The notes under the pieces were generated by a model, which was not told the DNA's origin, did not search any database, and was given only the letters and a program-made list of their open reading frames with translations. DNA of 49,922 nt from Octopus bimaculoides (lineage: Eukaryota): contig NC_068982.1 of the NCBI RefSeq assembly GCF_001194135.2, positions 23,510,251-23,560,172 on the forward strand, in the 5' to 3' direction. The number at the start of each line of letters is the position of its first letter. Position 1 is the stretch's first letter. Below are positions 49,764 through 49,922 of the stretch, one piece after another. The translations under genes and the position numbers were made by a program.

Positions 49764-49868
49764 AACGTTAAAGACTGTTCAATTCCCTTGCGTTATACTA
49801 ATACATCTGTTTGTTTTCTACACCACCTGTCGTCGTCTTTTGTTTTTTTTTTGTGAATTCTCTCTATA
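49764..49868 (+). mobile_element. second, truncated copy of the Penelope-type terminal repeat at 8331-8490
   Basis: aacgttaaagac...gcgttatactaatacatctgtttgttttcta.accacctgtc.tcgtctttt...gaattctc.ctata is near-identical to the reverse complement of 8331-8432. Confidence 0.7.
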
Positions 49869-49873
49869 TAAAT

Positions 49874-49922
<49 letters not shown>

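Overview
AT-rich animal genomic DNA from a gapped short-read scaffold: 14 N-runs, about 7% of the window, mostly flanked by (TA)n or (CA)n arrays. The repeats match the abundant octopus SINE and LINE families as I recall them, so a cephalopod (Octopus) origin is inferred; no database was searched. I could not identify any intact host protein-coding gene, and almost all long ORFs in the track are microsatellite or gap translations. Identifiable content is transposon remnants. DNA transposons: two clear mariner transposase fragments plus a weak third, a mariner MITE, and an IR/DR-type Tc1 derivative. Non-LTR elements: Tx1/L1 (ORF2 tail and a separate ORF1), CR1, RTE, two R4/Dong pieces and a possible CRE fragment. 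There are also about ten tRNA-derived SINE copies of two families. The best leads are: (1) a hammerhead-ribozyme-like core in a Penelope-type terminal repeat at 8.4 kb; (2) a dimeric SINE flanked by one 15-bp target-site duplication; (3) a promoter-like CpG module at 30.6-30.75 kb with a triplicated motif and an AUGA-overlapping upstream ORF; (4) unexplained hairpins at 15.3 and 47.9 kb. None is demonstrated to be a new biological system.
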